64,000 nt of DNA from Auanema rhodensis (taxonomy: Eukaryota > Animalia > Nematoda), in the NCBI GenBank assembly GCA_964057225.1, contig OZ059895.1, forward strand, positions 14,632,001 to 14,696,000, written 5' to 3'. Shown here in pieces: positions 61,836-64,000 of the stretch (position 1 is its first letter; each line of letters starts with the position of its first letter). The notes below the pieces were generated by a model. It searched no databases and was not told the DNA's origin. It worked only from the letters and a program-made list of their open reading frames with translations. The position numbers and the translations under genes are program-made.

Positions 61836-64000
61836 CTACACATTTTCTTCAGCTTCTCTTTCTTCCTCCAAAATTTTCTCGAATGAGAACGGTTGGAATG
61901 CATGGCCAAGACCTCCATAGAATTTAGATTGGAATTCAACCCTATAATAAGAAAAAATGTTGCTAAAAGCATTTTGAGAAGGAAATTTACCAGTGGAGAC
62001 GAAGAGCATGAAGGAATGCAGACAGACCTTCCATCAAAACAAGAATGAAAACAGATAAACTTCCGAAAATGAAGAAAAGGACGTAGGTTGCAATTGCTCC
62101 AACATATCCATCCAAGCCGAAAGCGTGTCTGAAGACCATAGTCCACAAGACGTCAGATAATTCTAAAGAGAAGAGATGAAGATCGGCATTTGAAAATAAA
62201 TGACATACGAGCGTGAGCCAAAGAAAGAGCCCAGAGTCGGAGATATGATGCGGTGTGAGAGATGCATCCAAGTACGAATTCAATTGTATGAATAGCCTGG
62301 TAGACCATAAGATCTGTCATATCAAGCTGGAATAGAGAGCAACTATAAAACAGAAACAAAACAGAAGCACTTACTGGACCATCTCCATGACCATGTCCAC
62401 CGGCATCAGGCTTAGGCTCATGGTGAACTACTTCAACTTCGTCACCATTCATATCAGCACGAACACTCTGAATAGGCTAAATAAAGAGAAGAAAGCAGTA
62501 ATATCCATCCCCATAACCAACGTTACTCGTAACAAGCACATGCAGACAAAGTTTTGGATTGTTAATGGATGCTTTTCGTAAAATAAAGTTTTCGGCACAG
62601 GCACAACACAAGCACTACACAAATCAAAATACCGTGAAGACGACTGTCGAATTTGTACTGTACGATCGTAGTTCGTTAGGTTTTTTTTAAATTGCGCTCT
62701 CTTTTTGGGTTTAAGGATGTTTAGTATCGTATTCTAACGGACCTCATTTTGTAATGACTCATACTGTTGCTGCTTAAGCAGCCTTCTGCGTAGCAGAAAA
62801 GGTTTGGCGAAGAGCATGACTGGAACTTGAACAACAGCTACGACATACAGTACAATTTCAACGACCGCCTATAATAATAATATTTATTACGAACCAATTG
62901 TTGATGTCCAGCTGAACGTCGCTCTTTATCAGCTTTCCAAATCATATAAGGTTTTCCGAAAAGCATTACTGGAACGCACGCAAGTGCGATCAGTACGAAT
63001 AAAGTTTCAAAGAAAGACTGTAAAAGGTATTAAATGTTTTTGATCTCATACAAGAACGACGACACGAATTTTATATATTAAAATATTAAATTTATGTGCC
63101 AACCTGTCCAGGATACCAAAGGTTCAAGTAACATTGACTAAGAGTATCTGCACCAGGAACATTGCCTTCTACGTAACCACTATCACGAGATTTCATCATA
63201 AACATATTGATCAATCCAATAAGCAAAGATGGGGCACAATTAGATCCTGGATAGTAATAACCAAGCACACTCATACCTCCCTAAATACCCAAAAACTTAG
63301 AACCTTCTATAATCTAAAAATTATACCTCAGCTGAGAAAAAGAGCCACTTTGCTAGTATTTGAAGACAAAGATACATGAATATACAAGCGAGGAAAAGCA
63401 TTTGGGGAATGAACATGAACTTGATATCGAGATCAGATTTGAAATATCTTTAACAAAAAATTAAAGCTGAAAGCAATGTTTTAAACTTACTTGTAATTAT
63501 GATAACTGAGTAAAACCCCGAAAGTCATTTGTCCAATTCCGAGAATAACGGAAGATTTCATTTTCATGGAGTTAAGGAAGGATAACTTATTAGATTCAGC
63601 CAAATTCCAAACTGGATCAACACCAATTGGATAGGGTCCAGAAGCATTCTTAAAATAATTAAAGCTTAAGCAACGCATAATCAAGAGAAACTTACATCAT
63701 AGGCCCATTCAGGAATAAGCATGATATTAGCTTCAGGGTTATGGAAGGAATCCAAATATGCTTCAGAGAATGGGTTAGCCCATGCTGATCCAAAGATGTT
63801 GAAACTCTTTGAAAAAGCGTCATTATATAAGAATCCAGTATATATGGAGAAAGCTCCCATAAGGAAAATGATGTAACGACCTCCAAAGAAAGTTTGGAAA
63901 ATCTAAAATTGAGCATTTTGAAAAGTTATAGAAAACTGAACCAACTTCATCTTTAATTCTGGCAGCCTCTAGTTGTTTTTCTTTTAAAATCAAGAAGAGA
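61836..64000 (-). CDS. unc-32: V-ATPase V0 a subunit, 3' part (gene continues beyond the window)
   Basis: [93 protein letters not shown]. Identified as unc-32 by its position upstream of tpk-1 and trxr-2 and by the duplicated exon pair. Confidence 0.92.
62539..62609 (-). promoter_or_regulatory. Intronic splicing elements: UGCAUG (RBFOX) and GUGUUGUG (CELF/UNC-75-type)
   Basis: The + strand has catgca at 62539-62544 and cacaacac at 62602-62609, in the intron downstream of the unc-32 alternative exons. Confidence 0.7.

Overview
AT-rich eukaryotic DNA from a rhabditid nematode, not a prokaryote. It has many ~45-60 nt spliceosomal introns, TTTCAG-type acceptors just upstream of start codons, and close matches to C. 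elegans proteins. I reconstructed spliced gene models by eye. In order: tdo-2 (+), aldo-2 (+), an OTUD4/ALG13/Otu-family gene (+), an MFSD8-like transporter (+), a secreted 4xShK protein (-), zyg-8 (-), a candidate 64-aa micro-gene (-), a possibly CCDC117-like gene (+), kin-19 (+), spk-1 (-), rheb-1 (+), arfaptin (+), a sphingomyelin synthase in a ~17 kb microsatellite-rich region (+), a divergent ACBP (+), and the trxr-2/tpk-1/unc-32 cluster (-; unc-32 runs off the window end). The most notable observations are: (1) the OTU protein has lost both catalytic residues and carries a duplicated Tudor-like domain; (2) spk-1 has a 1239-nt frame-symmetric cassette exon encoding a hydrophobic segment plus three recent ~78-aa acidic repeats; (3) unc-32 has mutually exclusive exons only 26 nt apart, with RBFOX and CELF motifs downstream; (4) three likely GC-AG introns; (5) a hidden spliced micro-gene upstream of zyg-8; (6) several structured non-coding elements. 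No tRNA, rRNA, CRISPR or transposase was found. Exon boundaries and homologies come from manual reading and recall, not from searches.
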